Source: an uncultured bacterium
Lineage (GTDB): Bacteria > Krumholzibacteriota > Krumholzibacteriia > LZORAL124-64-63
Reading direction: 5' to 3'
DNA: 64,000 bases
Assembly (NCBI GenBank): GCA_963732385.1
Contig: CAVSZB010000008.1
Coordinates: 96,001-160,000, forward strand
Made by a program: the position numbers and the translations under genes. The notes beneath the pieces were generated by a model. That model had not been told where the DNA came from and did not search any database. It saw nothing but the letters and a program-made list of their open reading frames with translations. Of the stretch, positions 18,081-27,545 are shown piece after piece. Within the stretch, counting starts at the first letter, position 1. The number at the start of each line of letters is the position of its first letter.

Positions 18081-20614
18081 CACGCCGACGCCCAGCGGGC
18101 CCGCGCGGCGGGCCGGCCCTGATCGTGGCGCTGGCGTTCCTGGTGCTTGGCGCCGTGGCCGTGGCGCAGGAGGCGCCGCGGCTCGATCTCAACCGCTCCA
18201 CGCTCGAGCAGATGCAGGCCCTGCCCATCGACGCCGGCCTGGCCCGGCGCGTCTGGGAGTACCGCACCTACGAGCGCTTCTTCGCCAGCGTGTATGATCT
18301 CATGGATGTGGAGGGGATGACGGCGGCCGACCTCGAGCGGCTCAAGCCGCTCGTTTCGACGATGCCGCCGGGCATCGAGGACGCCCAGATGGCGCGCCTG
18401 GAGGCGAGTTACCGGCAGGTGCGGCAATTCCTCGGCCAGGAGGGGACCAACGAGGGGCTCGTGGATGAGTACCTCGACCAGTTGCGGGATCCGGTCAACG
18501 TCAACCGGCTCGATCTTTTCGACCTGATGTCGTACCAGAACATCTCGCCGGTGGATGCCGCCAACCTCATCAAGGCGCGCCGCCGGATCGGCGGTTTCGC
18601 CGATGCGCGCCAGCTCCGCGGGACCGAGGGCCTGCGCTACTACAGCTTCCGCAACCTGCGCGATTTCGTCACCTACGCCGATGCCGATTCGGCCGACCGG
18701 TACGACAGTCGCGTGCGCGGCAGCTACGAGATCCGGTACTACGACACGCCGTACGGCACCAGCGACCTCGACGTGATCGCCACCAGCACCGGTCAGATCT
18801 TTTCCGACCGCCTGCCGTCCAACCCCTACGCCGAGGGCGATCAGCAGTCCGATCCGACCATGACCCAGAAGCTGCGCCTGAATTTCGGCAACGGTTTCCA
18901 GGGCGGGCTGCTCACACACCGCAACCTCGGCGAGCGCTCCTGGCACGAGACCGTCAAGGGGTACTACGGCGTCAACGACAAGACCATCGGGGGCTTCCAC
19001 CTGAAGCGTCTCGTGTTCGGCAACTACCGGGTGGCGTTCGGCCTCGGCCTGATCATGGACAACACCGACTTCACCCTGTTCCGCAAGACCGGGTACGGCT
19101 GGAACGTCCGCCCGATCGGCCTGCGGGGCGACCTGAGCCGCACGCGCGAGTTCGCGCTGACCGGCGCCGCCGCGGAGGGGGTGTACGGGGGCCTGCACGC
19201 CACGGCGTTCGTTTCCACCGGTCGCAAGGACGGCATCCTCAATCCCGACGGGACCATCAATCGCTACGTCGTGATGACCCCCCGTCCGTCGGAGGAATAC
19301 CTCGACGCCCACCTCACCAGCGGTGGCGCGCCGACCGGGCTGCGGCGCGAGGCGTTCCGTGAGGACATCTTCGGCGGCAACCTGCGCTACATGCTGGGCG
19401 ACGGCACCTATGTCGGCGTGACCGGCTACGAGACGCGCTACGACCGCGGTTTCGATCCCGATCCGACCACGCTCTTCGCCGCCGCGGACATGGCGCGGCT
19501 CGAGGAGCGCGACAGCGAGATCTGGTCCGGTTACAGCAGCGTGCGCATCGATCCCGACACCGGCGAGCGGGTGGAGCACAAGTTCCGCCGGATCTACGGC
19601 GCCGATTTCCAGGCGGTGGCCGGCAACGCGGCCATCCAGGGGGAGTACGGCGTGCTGCAGGATCCAGGCGCGTCGCTGTTCCACGGCGCCAACCGCGACG
19701 CATTCATCGTCAACGGCTATGCCCAGTGGGAGGACCTGCACCTGCTGGCGATCTACCGCGACTACGACCTGGGCTTCGACAACCCGTACGGACGCGCTTT
19801 CTCGAACGACTCGCGTTACGAGCAGACGCTGATCGATTCCCCCTTCCGGATGCAGGACGACCTCTACTCGTTCCTGTCGCTGCGCACCCCGCAGCCGAAG
19901 CCGGAGCAGGGATTGTTCCTGCAGTCGCGTTACCGCATCAGCCGCACGCTGACCATCACCGGGCTCGAGTACGATCAGTGGAAGCGCAAGGCCGACGGCA
20001 TGGACATGAGCCGCTACACGCTGCGCGCGGAGTACCAGCCGATCTTCAACCTGCGTTTCCGCCTGCGGCACCGCTACAGCAGCCGTGGCGAGCAGTTTCC
20101 CACCGACGTCCGCGAATACCGCAACTGGGAGACCCGCTGGGAACTGCTGACGCTGCTGTCGAACTACAACAGCCTGAAATTCATGTACATGACCAGCAAC
20201 GTCATGTTCCCGGTGCGCCCGCGGCTAAGCTACCCGGCCGACCCCGGCACGGGGGAAAGCGCGGTCGGCACCGCCGGCATCCCGGCCCATGCCTTCCAGG
20301 CGATCTACGAGCACAACCTGACGCCGCACATCCGTCTCCTGTTCAGCAGCGAGGTCTATGACGGATTCCTCTGGAATTTCGAGGGGAACGAATTCACCAC
20401 CGTCGATGGCCGGGGGTTCCGCAACTGGTTCCAGTTCGAAAGCCGGGTCTCCGACCGGCTGCTCTACCAGCTCAAGATCACCCGCGACCACAATCTGCCG
20501 CACACCTGGGTCGACATCCGGAGCTACGGCGGTCCCATCGGACTCGAGCCGGAGGGCGCCTACGCGTCCAGGGACATCACGTCTGTCCGCATGCAGCTCG
20601 ATTACACCTTCTGA
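18077..20614 (+). CDS. ComEA-like helix-hairpin-helix domains fused to an outer-membrane beta-barrel
   Basis: Two HhH units (LDLNRSTLEQMQAL..., VNVNRLDLFDL...GGF), GNYRVAFGLGL, C-terminal beta-signal MQLDYTF. Confidence 0.8.
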   Translation: MTRRRPAGPRGGPALIVALAFLVLGAVAVAQEAPRLDLNRSTLEQMQALPIDAGLARRVWEYRTYERFFASVYDLMDVEGMTAADLERLKPLVSTMPPGIEDAQMARLEASYRQVRQFLGQEGTNEGLVDEYLDQLRDPVNVNRLDLFDLMSYQNISPVDAANLIKARRRIGGFADARQLRGTEGLRYYSFRNLRDFVTYADADSADRYDSRVRGSYEIRYYDTPYGTSDLDVIATSTGQIFSDRLPSNPYAEGDQQSDPTMTQKLRLNFGNGFQGGLLTHRNLGERSWHETVKGYYGVNDKTIGGFHLKRLVFGNYRVAFGLGLIMDNTDFTLFRKTGYGWNVRPIGLRGDLSRTREFALTGAAAEGVYGGLHATAFVSTGRKDGILNPDGTINRYVVMTPRPSEEYLDAHLTSGGAPTGLRREAFREDIFGGNLRYMLGDGTYVGVTGYETRYDRGFDPDPTTLFAAADMARLEERDSEIWSGYSSVRIDPDTGERVEHKFRRIYGADFQAVAGNAAIQGEYGVLQDPGASLFHGANRDAFIVNGYAQWEDLHLLAIYRDYDLGFDNPYGRAFSNDSRYEQTLIDSPFRMQDDLYSFLSLRTPQPKPEQGLFLQSRYRISRTLTITGLEYDQWKRKADGMDMSRYTLRAEYQPIFNLRFRLRHRYSSRGEQFPTDVREYRNWETRWELLTLLSNYNSLKFMYMTSNVMFPVRPRLSYPADPGTGESAVGTAGIPAHAFQAIYEHNLTPHIRLLFSSEVYDGFLWNFEGNEFTTVDGRGFRNWFQFESRVSDRLLYQLKITRDHNLPHTWVDIRSYGGPIGLEPEGAYASRDITSVRMQLDYTF

Positions 20615-20630
20615 CGAGGAGCCTGAAGCG

Positions 20631-21947
20631 ATGAAGCAGAGAATGCGCAATCGGGCGGGCCGGCCGGCGGCGGTCGTGACGGGCCTGGTCGCCCTGCTGG
20701 CCGCGACGGTGGCAGGACCGGCCGCGGCCGATCCCGCGCTGCATACGCGCTACGGCGACCCGGCCACCTCGCTCTCCGCGGAGATCGACGCCATGGCCGG
20801 CACCGGTACGGCGCTCTTCCGTGGCGGCTTCTCGAACGTGCTCAACCCGGCCATGCTGGCCGCGGGCCCGGACGGGACGACCCTGGACGGCTCGCTGTCG
20901 CTCGCCCAGGCGCACGAGGACCGCTATATCCCGCTTTTCGACACGTTCACGAGCTACGTGACCGACACGGCCATCGCCTCGAACCGGCACCACTACTTCG
21001 GCACCGGTTTCGCCGTGGCGCACCGCCTGCCGTTCGCCTGGCGTCCGATCACCGCGGCCGTCTCGCTGACCGACCGCTACAGCTTCGCCTACGATTTCAA
21101 CGAGCAGATCCGCGACCCCGATACCTTCAACAGCCCGCGCGACGCGGTGCTGCAGGAGCGCGCGGTGGAGATCGACGGCACGCTGCGCGCGCTGTCCGGC
21201 GGTGCCGCCATCGAGCTCGGTCCGCGTCTGTCCCTGGGCGTGGCGGCCCACTATGCCTTCGGCACCCGCGACCAGATGCGCCGCGTGCGTGACTACGCCA
21301 CGCCGTCGTCGAGCCTGCTGGAGGATGCCAGCTTCGACATGGAGGGGCTGAATTTCACGTTCGGCGCCCGATTGCATGTGGATGAGCGGCTGGAACTCGG
21401 GCTCACCTACGAATCGCCGCTGGCGGTGACCGGGAGGACGCTGACCGAGACCTATTTCGGCGCCTATCCCGATTCGGTGCTTTCGGTTACCGGCACCACC
21501 GGGGTGGACTATCCGCGCGCTTTCCGCGCCGGTCTGGCGTACCGCCCCCGCAGCGCGCCGCGCACCGTCTTCACGGTGGATGCGGCCTGGCGCGAATGGA
21601 GCGAACTTGATGACAGCCGGCTGGCGGGAGACAACCCGCTGCTGTTGCAGGACGCGATCGACGTGAGCATCGGGGTGGAGCACCGGTTCTACAACGGCCT
21701 GCCGGTCCGGTTCGGATTCCGGCGGCTTGACTCCTACGATGACCGTGAGGTCGGGGCCTCGTTCTTCACGGCAGGTGTCGGTCTGGACGCCGGCGGAGGC
21801 ACGGTTTCCGTCTCGACGGAACTGAGCAAGACCAACAGCATTCGCGACCACTGGTTCGCCTACCCGGCGACCTTCGTGGTCGAGCAGCAGGCGCGCGTGG
21901 AGGATACCCGGTTCCGCATCGGCGTCGGCTGGAGTCGCGCCTTTTGA
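20631..21947 (+). CDS. FadL/OmpP1-like outer-membrane barrel
   Basis: Signal peptide, AMAGTG...NPAML N-terminal motif, amphipathic strands, ends GVGWSRAF. Confidence 0.7.
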   Translation: MKQRMRNRAGRPAAVVTGLVALLAATVAGPAAADPALHTRYGDPATSLSAEIDAMAGTGTALFRGGFSNVLNPAMLAAGPDGTTLDGSLSLAQAHEDRYIPLFDTFTSYVTDTAIASNRHHYFGTGFAVAHRLPFAWRPITAAVSLTDRYSFAYDFNEQIRDPDTFNSPRDAVLQERAVEIDGTLRALSGGAAIELGPRLSLGVAAHYAFGTRDQMRRVRDYATPSSSLLEDASFDMEGLNFTFGARLHVDERLELGLTYESPLAVTGRTLTETYFGAYPDSVLSVTGTTGVDYPRAFRAGLAYRPRSAPRTVFTVDAAWREWSELDDSRLAGDNPLLLQDAIDVSIGVEHRFYNGLPVRFGFRRLDSYDDREVGASFFTAGVGLDAGGGTVSVSTELSKTNSIRDHWFAYPATFVVEQQARVEDTRFRIGVGWSRAF

Positions 21948-23314
21948 CCACGCTCCCGGGAGGAGCTGACACCTTGCCGCATACCGGCCGATCCTCGCCC
22001 GCGCGGCGTGCCGCCCTCGCGCGGTTCGCTGCGTTACCGCTGCTCGCCGTCCTGGGGCTGCTGGCGGGCGGCTGCGGCGATTCGGCCACCTCGCCCGAAC
22101 CGGTCACGGTGGTTGCCCGTTTCACCGGTCTGTCCGGGCGGCAGGTGGCCTGGTCCACGAACGTTCCCTCGCGCGGCGCCGTGCGCTACGGCTTCGTGAG
22201 CGGGCAGTATGACCATATAGCCTGGCCGGCGGCGGCGGGCGGGGCGGACAAGGCGTACACCCAGAGTCACGCCGTGCCGTTGCTCGACGATGTCACCGGA
22301 CGCACGGTCTTCATCCAGTGCATCGACGTCACCCAGGAGGGATTTTTCGCCGCCGCGCAAGAGACCGCCCTCACCTTCGCCGCCATGCCGGCGACGGCGC
22401 CCCTGCTCCGCTTCACCTCGGTCGACGTCCAGTTCGGCGATGCGCAAGTGCTGCGCCTGCCGACGGCCGGCAGCGTGGTCGCCATCGACGGCGGCAATCC
22501 CTATGTGACCGTCAGCGGCGAGACGGCGCCTCAGCACGTGATGCACTGGCTGGACGACCGGGGCATCACCCGGCTCGACGTCGCGCTCGCCACGCACATG
22601 CACGGCGACCACGTGGGCGGCCTGCTCCGGGACGGCGCCGGCGGCGTGGGCCTGCTGGAGCATTGCCAGATCGGTCTCTACCTCGACGTGCCGGCCGTGA
22701 CCGGCAATGCCTACAACCAGGTCGCGGTGAATACGATCCTGGCCGAACGCGAGATCACGAAGCGGATCATCGCGCCCGGCATGACCTCCGCCACCGAGCC
22801 CGACGCTCTCGACTGGGACTCCGCCGTGGAGGTCATGGTGCTCAACGCCGGCGCCCAGCCGGAGTGGGCCGGCGGCGACCTGAACAACGACTCGGTGGTG
22901 CTGAAGATCAGCTACGGCGCCGTCGACCTGATCACGGGGGGCGACTGCCTCGTGCTGGGCGAGACGCGCATCCTGACTTACTTCCCCGGCGCGCTGGCCG
23001 GCGTGGAGTACTTCAAGGCGAGCCACCACGGTCGCGCGAACGCCAACAGTCTGGCCTACCTGATGGCGATCGCGCCGCGGTTGTCGGTGATCCCGGTCGC
23101 CTTCATCGCCTACAACGAGGGCCCTGACCAGGGCGCGAAGGACACCGCGCAGACGCTGGAACGCCTGGCCAACCTGCGCACCGACGTTTTCCGCTTCGAC
23201 GCGGCCGCGCCCCTGGCCCGGCCGCAGGACAACCATACTTTCTGGCATACGACGTTCACCACCGACGGCGCCAGCTACGAAGTGCGCATCGAGCCGTCGG
23301 TCTGGGGGCTGTAG
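21944..23314 (+). CDS. Lipoprotein with ComEC/Rec2-type metallo-beta-lactamase-fold hydrolase domain
   Basis: Lipobox LAGGC; DVQFGDA, IDGG, THMHGDHVGG, NNDSVVL, KASHHG. Confidence 0.85.
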   Translation: MTTLPGGADTLPHTGRSSPARRAALARFAALPLLAVLGLLAGGCGDSATSPEPVTVVARFTGLSGRQVAWSTNVPSRGAVRYGFVSGQYDHIAWPAAAGGADKAYTQSHAVPLLDDVTGRTVFIQCIDVTQEGFFAAAQETALTFAAMPATAPLLRFTSVDVQFGDAQVLRLPTAGSVVAIDGGNPYVTVSGETAPQHVMHWLDDRGITRLDVALATHMHGDHVGGLLRDGAGGVGLLEHCQIGLYLDVPAVTGNAYNQVAVNTILAEREITKRIIAPGMTSATEPDALDWDSAVEVMVLNAGAQPEWAGGDLNNDSVVLKISYGAVDLITGGDCLVLGETRILTYFPGALAGVEYFKASHHGRANANSLAYLMAIAPRLSVIPVAFIAYNEGPDQGAKDTAQTLERLANLRTDVFRFDAAAPLARPQDNHTFWHTTFTTDGASYEVRIEPSVWGL

Positions 23315-23364
23315 CGCCCCTGGCCCGCGGCCGGTTTGCCGGCCGGCCGTCCCGAGGAGAGATC

Positions 23365-25119
23365 GTGATGCAAGTCGCCAATGCTTCCGTCGCCCGTCGT
23401 TCCCTCGTCCCCGCCGCCGTCCGCCGCGGCCTCCTGGCCGCCGCTGCGTTGGCGCTGGCGGTCGCTCTCGGCGGCGCCGCCGTCCCCGCGGGGGAGCCCG
23501 AGGATGGCGTGCTGCGGATCCATCTGCTCTGGACGAACGACCTGCACGGCCACATCGGCCCGGAGGGGGCCCGCTTCATGAACCCCAACTTCCCGCCCCC
23601 GCTCGGCGGCGCCGCCTCGGCGGCCGCCTACATCAGGCGGGTGCGGGAGACGGCGGCCGCGGCGGGCGAAGAGGTCCTGCTGGTCGATGTGGGCGACATG
23701 TTCCAGGGGACGCCGGTCGGCACGAAGACGCAGGGCACGTCGGTCATCGACTACTTCAACCACATCGGGTATGACCTGGCCGTGCCGGGCAACCACGACT
23801 TCGATCTCGGCCGCCAGAACGCCGAGCGCCTGGCCCGCCTCTCGCAGTTCCCCTGGCTGTGCGCCAATCTCGTCGAGAAGGACACCGGCAAGGTGGTCGA
23901 CTGGTGTCGGCCCACGCTGATGCTGGAGAGGGGCGGGTTGAAGATCGGCGTGATCGGCATCATCACCCCCGGCACGGCGAGCATGTCCTTTCCCGCCAAT
24001 ATCAAGGGCCTCGATTTCCGCCCGATGGCCGACACCGTGACGCAGTATCGTGACGAACTGCGGGCGCAGGGCGCCCAGCTCATCTTCCTGGCCATCCACG
24101 ACGGACTTCCGTTCAACGCCGAGCAGGCGTGGCGCAAGCGCGTGGAGTCGGCCGAGGAGGACGCGCTGCGGCCGCAGCGCAGCTTCGGCACCTATGGCGG
24201 CCTGGGGCTGGACGGACTGGTGGCGGAGGTGCCGGGGATCGATTTCGCCGTCGGCGGCCACACCCACCGCGGCTACACCGAGCCGTGGGTCGACCCGGTG
24301 CACCACACCCTCTGTTTCGAGTCGTACGGCAACGGCTCGAGCCTCGGCCACGCGATCCTCGAAATCGACCGGCGCACGGGCGGACTGATCGGCTGGAAGG
24401 GGCCGCACGACCAGGGGGTCCTGGTCAGCCTGTTCGAGGACGAGATCTGGCCCGACGAGGCGACGCGACAGGTCATCCAACCGTGGCTCGAAAAGACCGA
24501 CGCCGAGATGAACCGGGTCGTGGGGCATCTCGCGGTGAATCTGCCCCGCGGCGGCGCCGGCAACAACCTGGTGGGAAACCTGGTCACCGACGCGATGCGG
24601 GCGCAGTTCAACGCCGATCTCGCCATCCAGAATCTGGGCGGTCTGCGCGCCGACATGCAGGCCGGCGAGGTCACGGCGCGGGACATTTTCAGCGTGCTGC
24701 CGTTCGGCAATGAACTGGTGGTGGCGAAGATCCCCGGTGAGCTGCTGCTGCGACTCTTCGAGCGCAAGGTGGCCGGTTCTAGCGGCGGCATCTGCGTGTC
24801 CGGTGCGCAGGTCGAGTTCAACCCCGACCGCCCGGACGGCCAGCGGCTCTGCTCGCTGACGATCGGCGGCGCGCCGATCGACGCCGGCAAGGTCTACACC
24901 ATGGTTCTGACCAACTACCTGATGGAAGGCAACAGCGGCCTCGAAATGCTGACATCGGTGCCCGAGACGGATGTTGAGCCGACCCGGCTCACCGATGGCG
25001 AAGTACTCGAGGCGTATCTGCGGAAAGAGGGGACCGTCCGGCCGAAGCTGGACGATCGCTGGCTGGAGCAGAGAGGGTGCGCCCGGGCCGCCTACCTGCC
25101 CCCGCCGGGCGCCTCCTGA
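23365..25119 (+). CDS. Bifunctional metallophosphatase/5'-nucleotidase (UshA/CD73 family), possible Tat substrate
   Basis: TNDLHG, DVGDMFQG, GNHDFD, GGHTH, NLGGLR, LPFGN; RRGLL signal. Confidence 0.92.
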   Translation: MMQVANASVARRSLVPAAVRRGLLAAAALALAVALGGAAVPAGEPEDGVLRIHLLWTNDLHGHIGPEGARFMNPNFPPPLGGAASAAAYIRRVRETAAAAGEEVLLVDVGDMFQGTPVGTKTQGTSVIDYFNHIGYDLAVPGNHDFDLGRQNAERLARLSQFPWLCANLVEKDTGKVVDWCRPTLMLERGGLKIGVIGIITPGTASMSFPANIKGLDFRPMADTVTQYRDELRAQGAQLIFLAIHDGLPFNAEQAWRKRVESAEEDALRPQRSFGTYGGLGLDGLVAEVPGIDFAVGGHTHRGYTEPWVDPVHHTLCFESYGNGSSLGHAILEIDRRTGGLIGWKGPHDQGVLVSLFEDEIWPDEATRQVIQPWLEKTDAEMNRVVGHLAVNLPRGGAGNNLVGNLVTDAMRAQFNADLAIQNLGGLRADMQAGEVTARDIFSVLPFGNELVVAKIPGELLLRLFERKVAGSSGGICVSGAQVEFNPDRPDGQRLCSLTIGGAPIDAGKVYTMVLTNYLMEGNSGLEMLTSVPETDVEPTRLTDGEVLEAYLRKEGTVRPKLDDRWLEQRGCARAAYLPPPGAS

Positions 25120-25142
25120 CCTGCCCGGACTTCTCGTCGGAG

Positions 25143-25172
25143 GCGGCCGGACCGGCGTCCGGCCGCTTTTTT
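25143..25172 (+). terminator. Rho-independent terminator closing the 14.8-25.1 kb operon
   Basis: GCGGCCGGAC-CGGC-GTCCGGCCGC-TTTTTT. Confidence 0.85.
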
Positions 25173-25326
25173 GCGCCCTCCTGGCCGACCCGTGCCGGTT
25201 CGCGGTGAGGCCTCAAGCCGGTCCATCCCCGGCCGAATCAAACCCGTACGTGGCAATCATCTCCGCGCCGGCGACCCGGATCGCCTCCCGGCGCCGGAGC
25301 GCAACCTTCGACCGGAGGTCGACGGA

Positions 25327-26571
25327 GTGGTTCAGCTCAGGCCCGAGCGGACGAACGAACAGCTCCAGCGTTTCGGCTCCCGCATGAACAAGATGATCGT
25401 CGGCCAGCCCCGGGCCATCGATCGGATCACGGACAGCTTCAGCCGACTCATCGCGGGGATCCAGGACCCCGAGCAGCCGCTGCTGACGATGTTGTTTCTG
25501 GGGCCCACCGGGGTCGGCAAGACCGAAACCGTGCGCGCGCTGGCCGAAACGATCTTCGGCAACCGGCGGGCCTTCACCCGGATCAGCTGCCAGGAGTATT
25601 CGGCGCACTACAACATCTCCAAGCTGCTCGGTTCGCCCCCCGGCTATGTCGGCGGGGAGATCCGCCCCCTGCTCGCACAGGAGAATCTCGACCGTCACCA
25701 CAAGAAATCGCTTGAGAACCAGTCGGGCATGATCTGCGAGGCGGGCGGCAAGCTGAGCCGGTTGTTCCCTCCCGACTCCGACCGCAACCTGGCGATCGTC
25801 CTGTTCGACGAGATCGAGAAGGCCCACCCCAAGATGTGGAATCTGCTGTTGGGGATTCTGGAGGACGGCCGCCTCGTCCTGGGCAACAACGAGGAGGTCG
25901 ACTTCACGCGGGCCATCGTCGTGCTGACCACCAATGTCGGCAGCGAGGCGATGGGCGCCCATCTGACCCAGAGCCAGATCGGATTTTCCGCGGGCAGCGA
26001 CGCCAACGAGCTCAATCGCAATCTAGATGAGGCGGCCCGGCGCGCCGCCCGCAAGGTCTTCCCGCACGAGTTCCTCAACCGCTTCGACGACCTGGTCACG
26101 TTCCAGTCGCTCCAGGAGGCGCATCTGTTCCAGATCCTGGACAACCAGATCGCGCAGATCCACCACCGCTCGTTGCGATGCGCGGAGCCGTTCCTGCTGG
26201 AGGTCACGCCGGCCGCGAAGCGACGGCTGGTGGAGGCGGGCACGGACGCCAAGTTCGGCGCGCGTCCGCTCAAGCGGGTGGTCGAGCAGCGTCTGGTCAC
26301 CCCCATCTCGCGCTACATCTGCAGCGATCAGATCCGCAAGGGCGACCTGATCACGGTCGACCTGATCGGCGAGGAGTTCGTATTCCTCAGGGAGACGGGC
26401 GTGACGAGCTGGGAGGAGCTGGAAGGACTCGGCCCCTTCCCGCCGGCCAAGTGGGCGCGGACAGACCTCGGCGTGAAGGATGATGGCGGCGAGAAGAAGG
26501 AGATCGTCGAGAACGCAGTGCGCGTGGACGCCCACGCCGGCGTGCTGGAGGGCGTCGGCGCGCCCGAGTGA
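25327..26571 (+). CDS. Stand-alone ClpA/B/C-type second AAA+ module (AAA_2 + D2-small)
   Basis: GPTGVGKT, GSPPGYVG, VLFDEIEKAH, IGF loop, EFLNRFD, GARPLKR; start inferred at GTG 25327 after GGAGG. Confidence 0.85.
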   Translation: MVQLRPERTNEQLQRFGSRMNKMIVGQPRAIDRITDSFSRLIAGIQDPEQPLLTMLFLGPTGVGKTETVRALAETIFGNRRAFTRISCQEYSAHYNISKLLGSPPGYVGGEIRPLLAQENLDRHHKKSLENQSGMICEAGGKLSRLFPPDSDRNLAIVLFDEIEKAHPKMWNLLLGILEDGRLVLGNNEEVDFTRAIVVLTTNVGSEAMGAHLTQSQIGFSAGSDANELNRNLDEAARRAARKVFPHEFLNRFDDLVTFQSLQEAHLFQILDNQIAQIHHRSLRCAEPFLLEVTPAAKRRLVEAGTDAKFGARPLKRVVEQRLVTPISRYICSDQIRKGDLITVDLIGEEFVFLRETGVTSWEELEGLGPFPPAKWARTDLGVKDDGGEKKEIVENAVRVDAHAGVLEGVGAPE

Positions 26572-26610
26572 CAGTCCGCATCGGGCGCGCGATGGCCGGC
26601 GGCGTACGCG

Positions 26611-26964
26611 CTAGGGCCAGTAGAGGATCCGGCCGCAACTCTCGCAGGTCAGCACCCGGTTCTCGTGCGTAACCGACACGAACGAACTCGGAATGCTGGC
26701 GAAGCACCCCATGCACAGGTTTCCGATCACCGGCACCACGGCGTGGCCGAAGCGTCCCGTGAGCTTGCGGTAGTAGCTGCGGTGGCGCGGATCGAGTTGC
26801 GACTCCAGCTCGCCCAGGGAGCGCTTCAGATTGTCCAGGCCGTTGAGCGGGAAGCCCATCTCCTGGAACTCCTTCGCGCGCGTCTCGTTCTCGGCATCGC
26901 GGATCATCTGCTCGAGATCCTGGACCGCGACGAGCAGCTGCAGTTGCTGGTTCATCACGCTCAC
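26611..26964 (-). CDS. C4-type zinc-ribbon protein (zf-RING_7-like, short coiled coil)
   Basis: CMGC...CESCGRILY. Confidence 0.85.
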   Translation of the reverse strand: MSVMNQQLQLLVAVQDLEQMIRDAENETRAKEFQEMGFPLNGLDNLKRSLGELESQLDPRHRSYYRKLTGRFGHAVVPVIGNLCMGCFASIPSSFVSVTHENRVLTCESCGRILYWP

Positions 26965-27422
26965 GCCTCCTCCAGAGCCTGGCAGAAGTCCTCGTAGCCT
27001 GCGGCGGCCATGAGCCGGTCCCGCAGTTCCGCCGACTGCAGATTCTCCGTCAGCACCGCCAGGGAGCGGATGTACTGGTTGCCGGAGTCATGCGGCGGCG
27101 CGATCAGCACGAAGAACAGATGGGTGGGATCGCCGTCGATCGAGTCGAACTGCACGCCGCTCGAAGAGCGCGCGATCAGGACCGTGAGCTGCTGCACCGC
27201 GAGCGTTCGCCCGTGGGGGAACGCCACGCCGGGACCGACCGCGGTGCTGCCGAGCTGTTCACGGCTCTGCAGCATCTTCAGGATCGTTTCCCGGTTGGTG
27301 ATGGGGGTGCCGGCGATCAGACCAGAGACCATTTCTTCGAGCGCGGAGAGCTTGTCGGTGGCCTGCAGGTCGGGAAGGAACAGGGCGGGGGAGGTGTGCT
27401 TGAGCATGTCCGTCAGAGTCAT
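26961..27422 (-). CDS. ptsN: PTS EIIA (Ntr/fructose-type) protein
   Basis: REQLGSTAVGPGVAFPHGR with phospho-His; overlaps the downstream gene. Confidence 0.85.
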   Translation of the reverse strand: MTLTDMLKHTSPALFLPDLQATDKLSALEEMVSGLIAGTPITNRETILKMLQSREQLGSTAVGPGVAFPHGRTLAVQQLTVLIARSSSGVQFDSIDGDPTHLFFVLIAPPHDSGNQYIRSLAVLTENLQSAELRDRLMAAAGYEDFCQALEEA

Positions 27423-27545
27423 GAGGACCACCTTCAGCGCGGCGGAATAACGGGTGCTGCGGGTAAGGCAAAGCTATATCATGACAGCGGTTTCGACAAG
27501 CTGCAATCGACGGCGCGCGCGGGCGCGCGCCGGGTCGGAGGGCGT

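Noticed and set aside
21944..23314. Calling the MBL protein ComEC or a beta-lactamase
   Set aside because: It lacks the multi-TM competence channel domain, and its motifs match ComEC/Rec2-type hydrolases rather than class B beta-lactamases
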